A stretch of DNA of 64,000 nucleotides from Candidatus Bathyarchaeum sp. (GTDB lineage Archaea > Thermoproteota > Bathyarchaeia > Bathyarchaeales > Bathyarchaeaceae). A model generated the notes under the pieces. That model was given only the letters and a program-made list of their open reading frames with translations. It had not been told where the DNA came from and did no database searches. The translations under genes and the position numbers were made by a program. The stretch is from the NCBI GenBank assembly GCA_026014565.1, contig JAOZIB010000025.1, positions 39,022 through 103,021 of the forward strand, given 5' to 3'. Of this stretch, positions 38,239 through 48,337 are shown one piece after another (position 1 is the stretch's first letter; each line of letters begins with the position of its first letter).

Positions 38239-38265
38239 CGAAATTCCCTCACAGGCCTAAAAAGG

Positions 38266-39018
38266 TTAGGAAGTTTGTTTGTTTGGATTCCGTACGTGGA
38301 TGATTACTGGAGGTTCAGGAAGATGTGGAGCAACATTGGTTTCTGGTTGATGTTTAAGAGTTTCACGTGGTCCAGGAACTGTGAGTTCGGGTTCTTTAGT
38401 TGTTGGTTTGGTTTTTTCTCCAATAAGTAGATTGTCTAGTTTACTTTTCAGTAGTTCTAGATCTTGTTTTTCAGCGTTAGCTCCTTTAAGTCCCCATTGG
38501 ATGATTTTCAATGCCTTGTCGTAAGAATCGTTTGTTAGTCTACCAATCTCTCGTTCGATTTCGAGGTTTATCAATGCAGAGTGCAGTTCGTGAATTTGTT
38601 TGTTGCAACGGTCAACTTCGCTATCTATTTCATTAATCAAGCATTTGGCTTTTTCTCTGAGTTCGTCCAGTGCGCCTTCAAAAGTTGAGTGAAGATCATC
38701 ATACATTTCGGGTGGAATCTTTTTCTTTTCTACTAGCTCATTGAGTGCTCGGTCTTTTCTCCAAATTAATGGAATTTCTTGGCAGAGTAAGTTAGCACTT
38801 AGTTTGACTGATGGAGAAACTACAAGATTTCCGTTGTTCATCTTTATTTGGTCACTTGAATAGCTTAAGAACTCTCCGTCACCGTGCTCAACAAAGACGC
38901 CATCTATCCGACCTGTGGGTGCTATCTTGAAGGAAGCAATTCGACCGATTTGTCTTCCATATTCATCCATTATTTGGTTGCCAACAAAAAGAAAAGGGTT
39001 GGAAATAGGTTTTGACAC
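38266..39018 (-). CDS. cdvA: CdvA (PRC-barrel plus coiled coil plus Pro-rich C-terminal peptide)
   Basis: N-terminal PRC-barrel-like FVGNQIMDEYGRQIGRIASFKIAPTGRIDGVFVEHGDGEFLSYSSDQIKM, a central coiled coil, and the C-terminal HLPEPPVIIHV (E3B-like). GGAGGTGA SD with a GTG start. Confidence 0.75.
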   Translation of the reverse strand: MSKPISNPFLFVGNQIMDEYGRQIGRIASFKIAPTGRIDGVFVEHGDGEFLSYSSDQIKMNNGNLVVSPSVKLSANLLCQEIPLIWRKDRALNELVEKKKIPPEMYDDLHSTFEGALDELREKAKCLINEIDSEVDRCNKQIHELHSALINLEIEREIGRLTNDSYDKALKIIQWGLKGANAEKQDLELLKSKLDNLLIGEKTKPTTKEPELTVPGPRETLKHQPETNVAPHLPEPPVIIHVRNPNKQTS

Positions 39019-39067
39019 AGTGTCACCTCCTTATTATCCGTGCATACCTACAGTTTTACTGCAGAGC

Positions 39068-39721
39068 TTAAGTTTCACTCTGCAGGGATTGCCCAAAAGA
39101 GGGCATTCCAGTAGGTAGATCGGGGAACTTTTCTTTGACTTTTTGTTCTGCGACACTGGCTGCTTCATTCAGGATGTTTTGTGCATCATCGCCTGCGGTC
39201 TGGAAATCGATGTTCATTCCAGAGTTGTAACCGGCATCCATTATGATTCCGCTAAGCAAGTTGCCAATGCTTCCGATTTCGCGTTCTGCTTCGGGGAAGA
39301 CTGTGCCCATTCCAGCTTTTACGTTTCGTAAAACGTTAACAGCTGGTGCAAGTGTGCTGACAACATCTCCTAGTTCGGAAACGGTGCTTAGTCTGAGAAC
39401 TATCTGTTCTAGAGCAAGTCTAGAGTGCATAATCATTTTTTCCATTTTTCGGATTTCGGCCAATTCGTTGGCGAAGACGTTTGCGCGAGCCATGTCGTGT
39501 TTTGTGTAAGCGCTAACTATTTTTTGGAAGATTGCCTTGTCACGGTCTGTGAATCGGTCTGCAGCTTTGTCGAGTTTTTGAATCTGCATTTCCATTCGTT
39601 TTACAGCAAAATCAAGTCTTGGTTTCAAGGGACCTGGTGGACGTACAGCGTCCTTTATTCTGTTACCGAGAGGGGTCTGGTCGACTCCTTCTCCCCATTT
39701 TTTAGCAAATTTTTCTGACAT
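39068..39721 (-). CDS. cdvB: ESCRT-III (CdvB-family) paralog without winged-helix domain
   Basis: 217 aa with an Snf7-like helical hairpin. The C-terminal FPDLPTGMP is MIM2-like. GTGAGGA SD. Confidence 0.85.
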   Translation of the reverse strand: MSEKFAKKWGEGVDQTPLGNRIKDAVRPPGPLKPRLDFAVKRMEMQIQKLDKAADRFTDRDKAIFQKIVSAYTKHDMARANVFANELAEIRKMEKMIMHSRLALEQIVLRLSTVSELGDVVSTLAPAVNVLRNVKAGMGTVFPEAEREIGSIGNLLSGIIMDAGYNSGMNIDFQTAGDDAQNILNEAASVAEQKVKEKFPDLPTGMPSFGQSLQSET

Positions 39722-39937
39722 ACTAATTCCTCACGCAAGCAGGTGTGTTTATACAATATTATTACATTGTTAATATGCAAAGATTATCCACATATATACC
39801 AGACATATCATGGGCATTCTGGGACTGTTTTGGGCTTTAAATCAAAGATTATAAGAGATATAGGGTTAGTATACGAAAATAGACAGTTTTGTGTAGGTTA
39901 GACTCAAAAGCGCGAAGAAATAACAGTTAAAAACACG

Positions 39938-40162
39938 GTGAAACGAATGAGTGATAGAGTAAAAATACTGGGAATATTTGCTCTGTTGGGATTCGTAGGC
40001 GGCATAATAGCTAACGTTGGTTTCCACACAGTGTGGCCATGGTTAACAGCTAACTTCCCTTTGACCTTCTCAGCAGAATGGGTTATCTCAGGGATCGCAG
40101 GAGCTCTGATAACTACATTCTTTGTAGTAATCTGGGTATACCTTAGTCAATCCTCTGAGTAA
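39938..40162 (+). CDS. 74-aa two-TM membrane protein
   Basis: Two hydrophobic helices. No recognised family. Confidence 0.4.
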   Translation: MKRMSDRVKILGIFALLGFVGGIIANVGFHTVWPWLTANFPLTFSAEWVISGIAGALITTFFVVIWVYLSQSSE

Positions 40163-40524
40163 AAAAGGGAAAAACATTCTCACCCATTTTGTTTTATGGA
40201 CTCCTTCCATACCTTTCTATAGCGTAGAGCATTACTTTTTTAATTTGAATTCTGCAAACCAATACAATCTAGTTACAAGAACAAAACACTTTCAGCAACC
40301 TCTCTGCGTTCACCAAGTTCGATAGGCCAAACCCATTAAATGCAAAATCGTTAACTAGGTTCTGGATCAGAAAATGGAGTTTACAACAGTTTGTTACAGT
40401 TGCCAAAATATATTGAATACGAAAAAATTCAACAGAATCAATTTAAATTCAATAAAAAACTGAAAACCTTTTAAGACACTCCAATTTTTTCAAGGTTAAG
40501 ACTTTTTGTGTGTTGAATTAGACA

Positions 40525-42492
40525 ATGCGGTTTGAATTAGTTGCGCCTTACAAGATGTCTCCGGGTCAAGCAGCAGCAGTGGAGAAACTTGTCAAAAATT
40601 TTGAGACAAAAAACAAACAGACTCTTCTAGGCATTACTGGAAGCGGAAAAACTTTTGTAATGGCAAATTTGATTAACAAACTGCAAAAACCTACACTCAT
40701 TCTTGCTCACAATAAGACTTTAGCTGCTCAACTATACGCAGAACTAAAAGAATTATTTCCAAATAACAGAGTAGAATACTTCATCTCATTTTATTCATAT
40801 TACCAACCCGAATCGTACCTGCCTACTACAGACATGTACATCGAAAAAGACTCGGATATCAACGAACAAATAGAAAAAATGCGAATGCATGCAGTTTCAA
40901 GTATTCTAAGCAGGGAAGATACAATAATCGTAGCCAGCATAAGTTGCATATACGGTTTAGGAAACCCTGAAGACTACGAAGGAATGGCAGCAAAATTAAG
41001 CACAGGAAAACCAATGAAACGTCGCGAACTGTTGCAGTCCCTTGTAAACATGCAATATGAACGCAACGACCAAGTTTTGGAACCCGGAAATTTTAGGGTA
41101 CGAGGCAATGTTGTAGACGTTGTTCCAGCTTACGAAGAAGACATTTTAAGAATCGAATTAGAAGACAACAAAATCAAAAACCTCAAAGAAGTACAAGCCC
41201 TCACTGGAGATATCAAACTAAGTCTAGATAAAATCACTTTATATCCTGCTCGCCAGTATGTTGTTCCAGAAGCAAAACAAAAACGAGCCTTAGACCAAAT
41301 ACAAAAAGAACTGGAAGATGAACTGCCAAAACTTCCGGCTCTTGAGGCTCAACGTCTTAGAAAACGTGTAACTTACGATATTGAAATGATAAAAGAAATG
41401 GGATATTGTAAAGGGATTGAAAATTATAGCCGTCATTTTGACGGCAGATGTACAGGTGAACCTCCATTTGTTTTGCTTGATTATTTCCCTAAAGATTATT
41501 TGCTGATAATAGACGAAAGTCACCAGACAATTCCACAATCACGGGCAATGTATAATGGAGATTATTCACGCAAAAAGAATTTAGTTGATTATGGTTTTCG
41601 CTTGTCATGTGCTTTTGATAACCGGCCTTTGAAATTTCACGAGTTTGAAAATAAGATGAGTAAAACTTTGTTTGTTTCTGCGACTCCAGCTGATTACGAA
41701 CTAAACAAAAGTGGAGAACCAGTGCAATTGATTACGAGACCTACAGGACTTCTAGATCCCGAGGTTGAAGTTCATCCCATTAAAGGTCAGATGAAACATT
41801 TGATTTCAGAAGCGAAAAAGACTATTGAAAGGGGTGACAGAATTCTAGTTACTACCCTCACTAAAAGAATGGCAGAAGATTTGACAGATTACTTGGTCAA
41901 AGAAGGCTTACGAGTTAGGTACATGCACTCAGAAATTGATAGCTTAGATAGAATCGAGCTAGTCAGGCAATTACGGGCTGGAGAATATGACATTCTTGTA
42001 GGAATAAACTTGTTACGTGAAGGCTTGGATGTGCCTGAAGTTTCTACTATTTTTATTTTAGATGCAGACAAAGAGGGCTTTCTAAGGGATGAGCGTAGTC
42101 TTATTCAGACCATTGGTCGGGCTGCCCGTAATGTTAACGGTAAGGTGTTTTTGTATGCCGATGAAATGACCCAATCCATGAAAAGGGCAATGGAGGTTAC
42201 CCGTTTTAGGCGTATGTTCCAGAAAAATTACAATAAAAAGCACAATATTACTCCGCGAACAATTGAGAAAAGTGTAGCTGAAAGTGAAAGAAAAATTAAA
42301 GGAACAAAACATTTGGCTAAAACTGAGATTCAAAGAAAGCTAATCGAGTTTGATGCCAAGATGCGGGCTGCGGCGGAACAGTTGGAATTTGAGAAGGCAA
42401 TTGAGTTTAGGGACCGCATTAAGGAGTTAGAGAGGTCCTTGGATTATGTTTTGAACAAATCTGAGAAAAAGTCTCGAAAAAAAGGTAAGTAA
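40525..42492 (+). CDS. uvrB: Excinuclease ABC subunit B
   Basis: GITGSGKTF, helicase motifs, and a C-terminal UVR domain (QLEFEKAIEFRDRIKELE). Confidence 0.95.
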   Translation: MRFELVAPYKMSPGQAAAVEKLVKNFETKNKQTLLGITGSGKTFVMANLINKLQKPTLILAHNKTLAAQLYAELKELFPNNRVEYFISFYSYYQPESYLPTTDMYIEKDSDINEQIEKMRMHAVSSILSREDTIIVASISCIYGLGNPEDYEGMAAKLSTGKPMKRRELLQSLVNMQYERNDQVLEPGNFRVRGNVVDVVPAYEEDILRIELEDNKIKNLKEVQALTGDIKLSLDKITLYPARQYVVPEAKQKRALDQIQKELEDELPKLPALEAQRLRKRVTYDIEMIKEMGYCKGIENYSRHFDGRCTGEPPFVLLDYFPKDYLLIIDESHQTIPQSRAMYNGDYSRKKNLVDYGFRLSCAFDNRPLKFHEFENKMSKTLFVSATPADYELNKSGEPVQLITRPTGLLDPEVEVHPIKGQMKHLISEAKKTIERGDRILVTTLTKRMAEDLTDYLVKEGLRVRYMHSEIDSLDRIELVRQLRAGEYDILVGINLLREGLDVPEVSTIFILDADKEGFLRDERSLIQTIGRAARNVNGKVFLYADEMTQSMKRAMEVTRFRRMFQKNYNKKHNITPRTIEKSVAESERKIKGTKHLAKTEIQRKLIEFDAKMRAAAEQLEFEKAIEFRDRIKELERSLDYVLNKSEKKSRKKGK

Positions 42493-42539
42493 AATAGGCT
42501 CCATTTGTTGTGAATACAACCTGTAACAGTGAAAAAAAT

Positions 42540-45416
42540 ATGAGAGATAGTATTTTCGTTAAGGGTGCACGAGAGCACAACTTGAAGAACGTTGATGTAG
42601 AATTACCTAGGAACAAGTTTATTGTAATTACGGGGTTATCTGGTTCAGGAAAATCTACATTAGCTTTTGACACCATCTATGCAGAAGGCCAACGAAGATA
42701 TGTAGAGAGTCTTTCAGCTTATGCGCGCCAGTTTTTAGGTTTGATGGATAAACCAGATGTGGATTCTATTGAGGGATTGTCGCCTGCAATTTCTATTGAG
42801 CAAAAAACTACGAGTAAGAATCCTCGTTCTACTGTTGGAACTGTAACCGAGATTTATGATTATTTGCGTTTGTTATTTGCCCGTATTGGGGTTCATCATT
42901 GTCCAAAATGTGATAGTTTAATTCATCCTCAAAGTCCAGAAAACATTACCAGCCTAATAATGAACGAACTAGGCAAAACCTTGACCTTTCTTGCACCTAT
43001 TATTAGGGGAATTAAGGGGACTCATGAAAAAGTTTTGGAAGATTTGAAAAAAGATGGATATACCAAAGTGCGGGTTGATCAGCAAATTTATGATATTGAA
43101 CAAATTGCCGAAATTAAAATGGAACGTTACGTGAAGCACTGGATTGAAGCAGTAATCGACACAGTAGAAATCGACAATGAAGAGCGCTCCAGAATCGCTG
43201 AAGCAGTAGAGCAAGCCTTGGAAGTTGGCAAAGGAACAATGATAGTTATCGATGGCAAATTGGACACCAAACAGTTGCGAGAAGTAGAACGTTTTGAGGC
43301 AGAAACAGTATACAGCACCTTTGGAGCGTGTCCAAATCACCCAGAAATTGTATTTGAAAGTCTAGAACCCCGCATGTTTTCCTTTAATTCACCATATGGA
43401 GCATGCCCAGAGTGTCACGGTCTGGGTAACACAATGGAACTTTCTGAAGACTTGGTTATTCCAAACAAAAATAAATCAATCATCGACGGGGCTTTGGCAG
43501 TTTATGGTAAGATGGATTTGAGTTGGAGAGCCCAACAGCTTGCTGCGGTGGGTAAAAAGTTTGGTTTTGACGTTTTTACTCCAATAAGGGATTTTACCAG
43601 AAAACAACTTGACGTGTTGTTGTATGGAACTAAAACGGCCATTAAAGGAAGTTGGTCAAACGGTGCCAGCATGTGGATGCGCAAAGGCTGGGAAGGGGTT
43701 ATCCCTCAAACCATGAGGTTATATCGTCAAACTGAAAGTGAAGGCAGAAAAGAAGCAATCATGAAGTTTATGAAAGAATCTCCGTGTGCTGCGTGCAACG
43801 GTAAACGTTTACGTCCAGTTATGCTGGGTGTTCGATTATTGGACAAAAACATAAGCGATGTTACCGAACTTTCCATAGAAGATGCGGTTGAGTTCTTTGG
43901 GGGGCTTTCAAACAAACTAAACGAAAAAGAGCTAGTAATCGCTAAACAAGTCCTTAAAGAAATTAATGAACGCTTAGGATTTCTAAAAAATGTCGGTTTA
44001 GGTTACTTAACTTTGGCTAGGTCTGCACGCACATTGTCAGGTGGGGAAGCTCAACGTATTCGTTTGGCTACGCAGATTGGCAGTAACTTGATGGGTGTTT
44101 TGTACATTTTGGATGAACCAAGTATTGGTTTACATCACAGAGATAATAAAAAACTCATAAGCACTCTGCACAGGCTACGAGATTTGGGTAACACTCTTAT
44201 CGTAGTGGAACATGACGAAGAAACCATCCTTAACTCCGATTATATTGTCGACATGGGTCCAGGAGCTGGTATTCGTGGAGGACAGATTGTTTGTCGAGGA
44301 AATGTTTCAGAAATTATGGAATGCAAAAATAGTCTCACGGGCAAGTATTTGTCAGGTAAATTAAAAATTGAGGTTCCTAAAAAACGTCGAAAACCTGTTG
44401 GTCACCTGATTCTTGAGGGCGCAAAGGAAAATAACCTCAAAAATGTGTCTGTTAAGCTTCCGTTAGGGGTTGTGTGTGGAATAACAGGAGTTTCAGGTTC
44501 AGGAAAAAGCACTTTGATGAACTTAACAGTCATGCCTGCGTTGCGGGCTAACTTTGGGGATCATGTGGACAAGGTTGGGAAACATAATTCAATTGATGTT
44601 CCAGAAGAAGTTCAGAGTGTTATCATAATTAATCAGGAGCCTATCGGTAAAACTCCTCGGAGTAATCCTGCGACATATACTAAATTGTTTGATGAGATTC
44701 GCAAACTCTTTGCTCAAACTAAAGATGCAAAAATGAAAGGATACAAACCTGGAAGATTCTCGTTCAACGTGAAGGGAGGCAGATGTGAAACATGTGGAGG
44801 TTATGGGGTTATTAGGATTGAAATGAATTTTCTGCCTGACGTTTACGTGAAATGCAGTGACTGCAAAGGCAAACGTTACAACAAAGAAACTCTGAGCATC
44901 AGATACAAAGGCAAAAACATTGCTGAGGTTTTGGACATGGAAGTTGAAGAAGCTGCAAAGTTCTTTGAAAATATTCCATCCATTTCTCGTAAACTTCAAA
45001 CCTTGCTGGATGTAGGCTTAGGGTATATCAAGTTGGGTCAGAGTTCAACAACCCTTTCGGGGGGAGAAAGCCAGCGCATCAAAATTACTCGTGAATTAAG
45101 TAAACAAAAATCGGGTCATGTGGTTTACATGTTGGATGAACCTACTACGGGTCTTCATTTTGATGATACTAAACGTTTGATTCAGGTGCTTAACAGTTTG
45201 GTAGATAAAGGAAACACTGTTTACGTGATTGAACACAACCTCGACGTTATAAAAAGTTGTGACTACCTGATTGATTTAGGTCCCGAAGGCGGAGATGAAG
45301 GCGGACAAATTATTGCACAAGGAACGCCCGAAGAAATCACTAAAGTTGAGGGTTCATACACAGGGAAGTTTCTAAAAGAGTGTAACACAAAAGATAGAAT
45401 TGGTTGTTATCATTGA
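42540..45416 (+). CDS. uvrA: Excinuclease ABC subunit A
   Basis: GAREHNLKNVDV, GLSGSGKSTLAFDTIYAEGQRRYVESLS, two ABC modules and zinc modules. I prefer the ATG at 42540 over the track start at 42510. Confidence 0.95.
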   Translation: MRDSIFVKGAREHNLKNVDVELPRNKFIVITGLSGSGKSTLAFDTIYAEGQRRYVESLSAYARQFLGLMDKPDVDSIEGLSPAISIEQKTTSKNPRSTVGTVTEIYDYLRLLFARIGVHHCPKCDSLIHPQSPENITSLIMNELGKTLTFLAPIIRGIKGTHEKVLEDLKKDGYTKVRVDQQIYDIEQIAEIKMERYVKHWIEAVIDTVEIDNEERSRIAEAVEQALEVGKGTMIVIDGKLDTKQLREVERFEAETVYSTFGACPNHPEIVFESLEPRMFSFNSPYGACPECHGLGNTMELSEDLVIPNKNKSIIDGALAVYGKMDLSWRAQQLAAVGKKFGFDVFTPIRDFTRKQLDVLLYGTKTAIKGSWSNGASMWMRKGWEGVIPQTMRLYRQTESEGRKEAIMKFMKESPCAACNGKRLRPVMLGVRLLDKNISDVTELSIEDAVEFFGGLSNKLNEKELVIAKQVLKEINERLGFLKNVGLGYLTLARSARTLSGGEAQRIRLATQIGSNLMGVLYILDEPSIGLHHRDNKKLISTLHRLRDLGNTLIVVEHDEETILNSDYIVDMGPGAGIRGGQIVCRGNVSEIMECKNSLTGKYLSGKLKIEVPKKRRKPVGHLILEGAKENNLKNVSVKLPLGVVCGITGVSGSGKSTLMNLTVMPALRANFGDHVDKVGKHNSIDVPEEVQSVIIINQEPIGKTPRSNPATYTKLFDEIRKLFAQTKDAKMKGYKPGRFSFNVKGGRCETCGGYGVIRIEMNFLPDVYVKCSDCKGKRYNKETLSIRYKGKNIAEVLDMEVEEAAKFFENIPSISRKLQTLLDVGLGYIKLGQSSTTLSGGESQRIKITRELSKQKSGHVVYMLDEPTTGLHFDDTKRLIQVLNSLVDKGNTVYVIEHNLDVIKSCDYLIDLGPEGGDEGGQIIAQGTPEEITKVEGSYTGKFLKECNTKDRIGCYH

Positions 45417-47017
45417 TTTCCTTGTCTGAACCGTCCCAGTTTAACAGTTCAGAAATCCCTACCCAGCCCGGAGTTTACATTTTCAAAAACAAAAAAGATG
45501 AAATCATCTACATTGGCAAAGCCAAAAACCTTAGGGCAAGAGTTCGAAGCTATTTTTCCAAGTCATATCAGACGCTTAAGACCCGTCATCTTGTCGCCCG
45601 AATCCAACACATAGAATGGATTATAGTTTACAATGAAGTAGAAGCCTTACTATTAGAAAACAAGCTAGTAAAAAAACACAAACCAAAATACAACATCAAC
45701 CTAAAAGATGCAAAAACCTTCGCATACATTGCCATATCAAAGGATGCTTATCCACGAATTTTCAGCACACGAAAACCCTCTTCAAGACTATACATGTTTG
45801 GCCCCTACACAGAAGGCTACCTGCGCCGTGAGTTGCAAAGGTTAGTTATTAAAATTTTTAAACTGCGCACTTGCAGAAAACTGCCAAAGCGAGCTTGTTT
45901 AAATTTTCACATTGGACTATGCACAGCTCCATGTGAAGGCAAAGTCACCAAACAGCAGTATGGTAAACAGGTAGAGCAAGCGCGTTCCTTTTTGATGGGA
46001 GACTACGAACAATTAACTGAAAAACTCACCGAACATATGCATAAGGCCTCTAAAGAAATGCATTACGAACGAGCACTGGAGTTGCGTAATCAGATTGCAT
46101 CGATTAAATTGCTTACACAGAAACAGGTTGTTGATTCTTTCCGAAAATTCGACCAAGATGTTATTGCCTTTCGCAGGCTTGGGGATAAAATACTGGTTGT
46201 TCAGATGGGCATACGAAAAGGAGTTTTGTTGGGCAAAAAAGAGTATACCTTGGATTTTGAGCTAGAGATTGAACAGATGTTTTTGAAAGAGTTTTACGAC
46301 AAGAACCGCATTCCTCAAGAAATTTTACTTAACATGGAAGCTTGGGCAGATAGTGAGGAAAAAACAGCGTTAGAGAAGTATTTTGCAACCATAGCGGGTG
46401 CTCCAGTTAACATTAGTGTTCCAACACGGGGCGATGAACTGTATTTAGTGAAATTGGCGGAAAAGAACATTGAAGCAAACCTAGATGAAGACAGCGCTCT
46501 AGTTGACCTTCAAACGGCGTTGAATTTACCGTCACTTCCACGGGTAATTGAGTGTTTTGATGTTTCTAACCTGGGAAAAGAGCACGTAGTTTCGGGAATG
46601 GTAAGGTTTACGGATGGAGTCCCAGATAAAAACAACTATCGTAGATTTAAAATGAAAACAGTAAAAGGTCAAGATGATTTTGCCAGCATGCAAGAAGCAG
46701 TAACCCGAAGATATCGGCGTTTGATTAATGAAGACTTGCCTCTTCCAGATTTGATTTTAGTTGATGGCGGGTCTGGACAGGTTTCGTCTGCGAATTTTGC
46801 TTTAAAGTCGTTGGGTTTACAGATTCCACTTATCGGTTTAGCCAAAAAGTATGAAGAGATTTTCTTGCCCGATGAAACAATCCCCCGTAGGTTTAAGAAA
46901 AACAGTAGAATGATGCTCATGTTGCGTAAGATTAGGGATGCTGCTCACAACTTCTCGATTAGTTATAGCCGAAAACGTAAACAGATGAAAACACGAGAAG
47001 AATTTAACAACAAATAA
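45404..47017 (+). CDS. uvrC: Excinuclease ABC subunit C, apparently lacking the C-terminal (HhH)2 domain
   Basis: GIY-YIG (GVYIFKNKKDEIIYIGKAKNLRARVRSY), UVR domain (YERALELRNQIASIK), and the endonuclease domain ending RDAAHNFSISYSRKRKQ. The protein stops about 15 aa later. It overlaps the uvrA end by 13 nt. Confidence 0.9.
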   Translation: MLSLISLSEPSQFNSSEIPTQPGVYIFKNKKDEIIYIGKAKNLRARVRSYFSKSYQTLKTRHLVARIQHIEWIIVYNEVEALLLENKLVKKHKPKYNINLKDAKTFAYIAISKDAYPRIFSTRKPSSRLYMFGPYTEGYLRRELQRLVIKIFKLRTCRKLPKRACLNFHIGLCTAPCEGKVTKQQYGKQVEQARSFLMGDYEQLTEKLTEHMHKASKEMHYERALELRNQIASIKLLTQKQVVDSFRKFDQDVIAFRRLGDKILVVQMGIRKGVLLGKKEYTLDFELEIEQMFLKEFYDKNRIPQEILLNMEAWADSEEKTALEKYFATIAGAPVNISVPTRGDELYLVKLAEKNIEANLDEDSALVDLQTALNLPSLPRVIECFDVSNLGKEHVVSGMVRFTDGVPDKNNYRRFKMKTVKGQDDFASMQEAVTRRYRRLINEDLPLPDLILVDGGSGQVSSANFALKSLGLQIPLIGLAKKYEEIFLPDETIPRRFKKNSRMMLMLRKIRDAAHNFSISYSRKRKQMKTREEFNNK

Positions 47018-47031
47018 CATTGCTTTTGTTG

Positions 47032-47484
47032 CTATTTTCTGATTTTCCGTTTGCCCAGAACTTTGCGGAAAGTTCCATGTTTAGGGCATTCATACAATCC
47101 GATGTGAAGTTGCAGGCTTTTGCCGTTTTTATCTGGTCGTCCTGCCATTTTCCATGTCTTTTTGGGTTCAAATTTTCGTGAACATTTTGGACATTCGGCT
47201 ACATTCGGCTCCATCACGGCAAAGTACATTCGGTTGCCAACCACTTTCATTTTTATGCTGCCTTGGCGGACCATTGCATGCAAAAGAGTGGTGAAATCCG
47301 CTATCGCAAAGGTAGACCTTCTGATTATTTCAGGGGTGGCAAAGTCTGTATGGTAATGTATTCCACCCATTATTTCCTGAGAAGTAAAAGCGCCATCTTT
47401 TCGGTCTTTGAGGAAATTGGTGATTTCCTCTTCGACTTTGCTGTGTAGTTTTCCGCCTTCAAATTTTGTTTTAGTTATAGGCAT
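47032..47484 (-). CDS. Winged-helix plus C-terminal zinc-ribbon protein, unknown function
   Basis: CPKC…x27…CPKHG ribbon. The N-terminal wH-like region reads FTSQEIMGG…LLHAMVRQGSIKMKVVGNRMYF. Confidence 0.5.
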   Translation of the reverse strand: MPITKTKFEGGKLHSKVEEEITNFLKDRKDGAFTSQEIMGGIHYHTDFATPEIIRRSTFAIADFTTLLHAMVRQGSIKMKVVGNRMYFAVMEPNVAECPKCSRKFEPKKTWKMAGRPDKNGKSLQLHIGLYECPKHGTFRKVLGKRKIRK

Positions 47485-47680
47485 AAAATTACCCGCTATT
47501 GTTATTTTAGATAAATTGTGTCGCCTTGGAACGCAGTATTATCGTGATTTGTATGTTTATTCTAAAGAAAATATAAATTAAATCTTACGATTCACTAATT
47601 TTGATTTTGTCTAACTCTGAAAAACCACAAAACATAAAATAGAGAAACCAGAACATACGAACTTACGAGAGCGAAGAAAC

Positions 47681-47875
47681 ATGCCTGAAGAAATCTTTGA
47701 CGTAGACAAATTCGTAGAAATTGCAGAAAAAGCAGAATACTGCAACATTAAAAGACATGAACGCGAAGTTAAACTCAAACTACGTACCCCAAACAAACTA
47801 TACACCATAAAAATAAACCCCACAAAAGCAGAAGAAACCATCAAAAAACTAAGCTGTGAAATACGCGAGCTTTAG
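47681..47875 (+). CDS. rpl38e: Ribosomal protein eL38
   Basis: 64 aa. MPEEIFDVDKFVEIAEKAE…KLKLRTPNKLYTIKINPTKAEE is collinear with eukaryotic L38 (MPREIKDIKDFLEIA…YLYTLVI…KAEKL). Confidence 0.8.
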   Translation: MPEEIFDVDKFVEIAEKAEYCNIKRHEREVKLKLRTPNKLYTIKINPTKAEETIKKLSCEIREL

Positions 47876-48337
47876 TCAACCAAATAAATCTGCACCTTTT
47901 TTGTTTTCTGAAGAAAAAGGTAAGCAGCCAACAGATAACTTTGCAGACAAGGTTATTTTGTTATAACAGACAAATGAAACAAAATCTAGTTTGTTTTTCA
48001 AAAGATAATTGAATTTAGTCTATTGGACTACTGAATATATTTTTCGTGATCCAATAGTTGATGAAAACGGATTAAGTTTCAATTCAGAGCCGTAGGTCTG
48101 ACGTTATTTATGGTCAAAGTTTTGGAACAATAGTACGATGAGGGCTCTCAAGTCAGCCAACTTGGACGGACCGTAAAGGTTTGCCTTAAGATCCATCATT
48201 TTTGATTCCTCATCCCATTATACTGAGTTTTATTTAGCATCTTTCTGTTGTGCTAATGGCACATCCCGATTCAAAACCTATTTTGATTTTGTAGTTACAT
48301 CTAAGATTGAAAGTTCAGGAAACATATAGATTTCTTT

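Noticed and set aside
36140-39721. Visibly lower AT content of the cdv and cdh genes and the first gene, considered as a sign of horizontal transfer.
   Set aside because: These are core, probably highly expressed genes. Expression-linked codon bias is the simpler explanation. I cannot compute composition statistics here.
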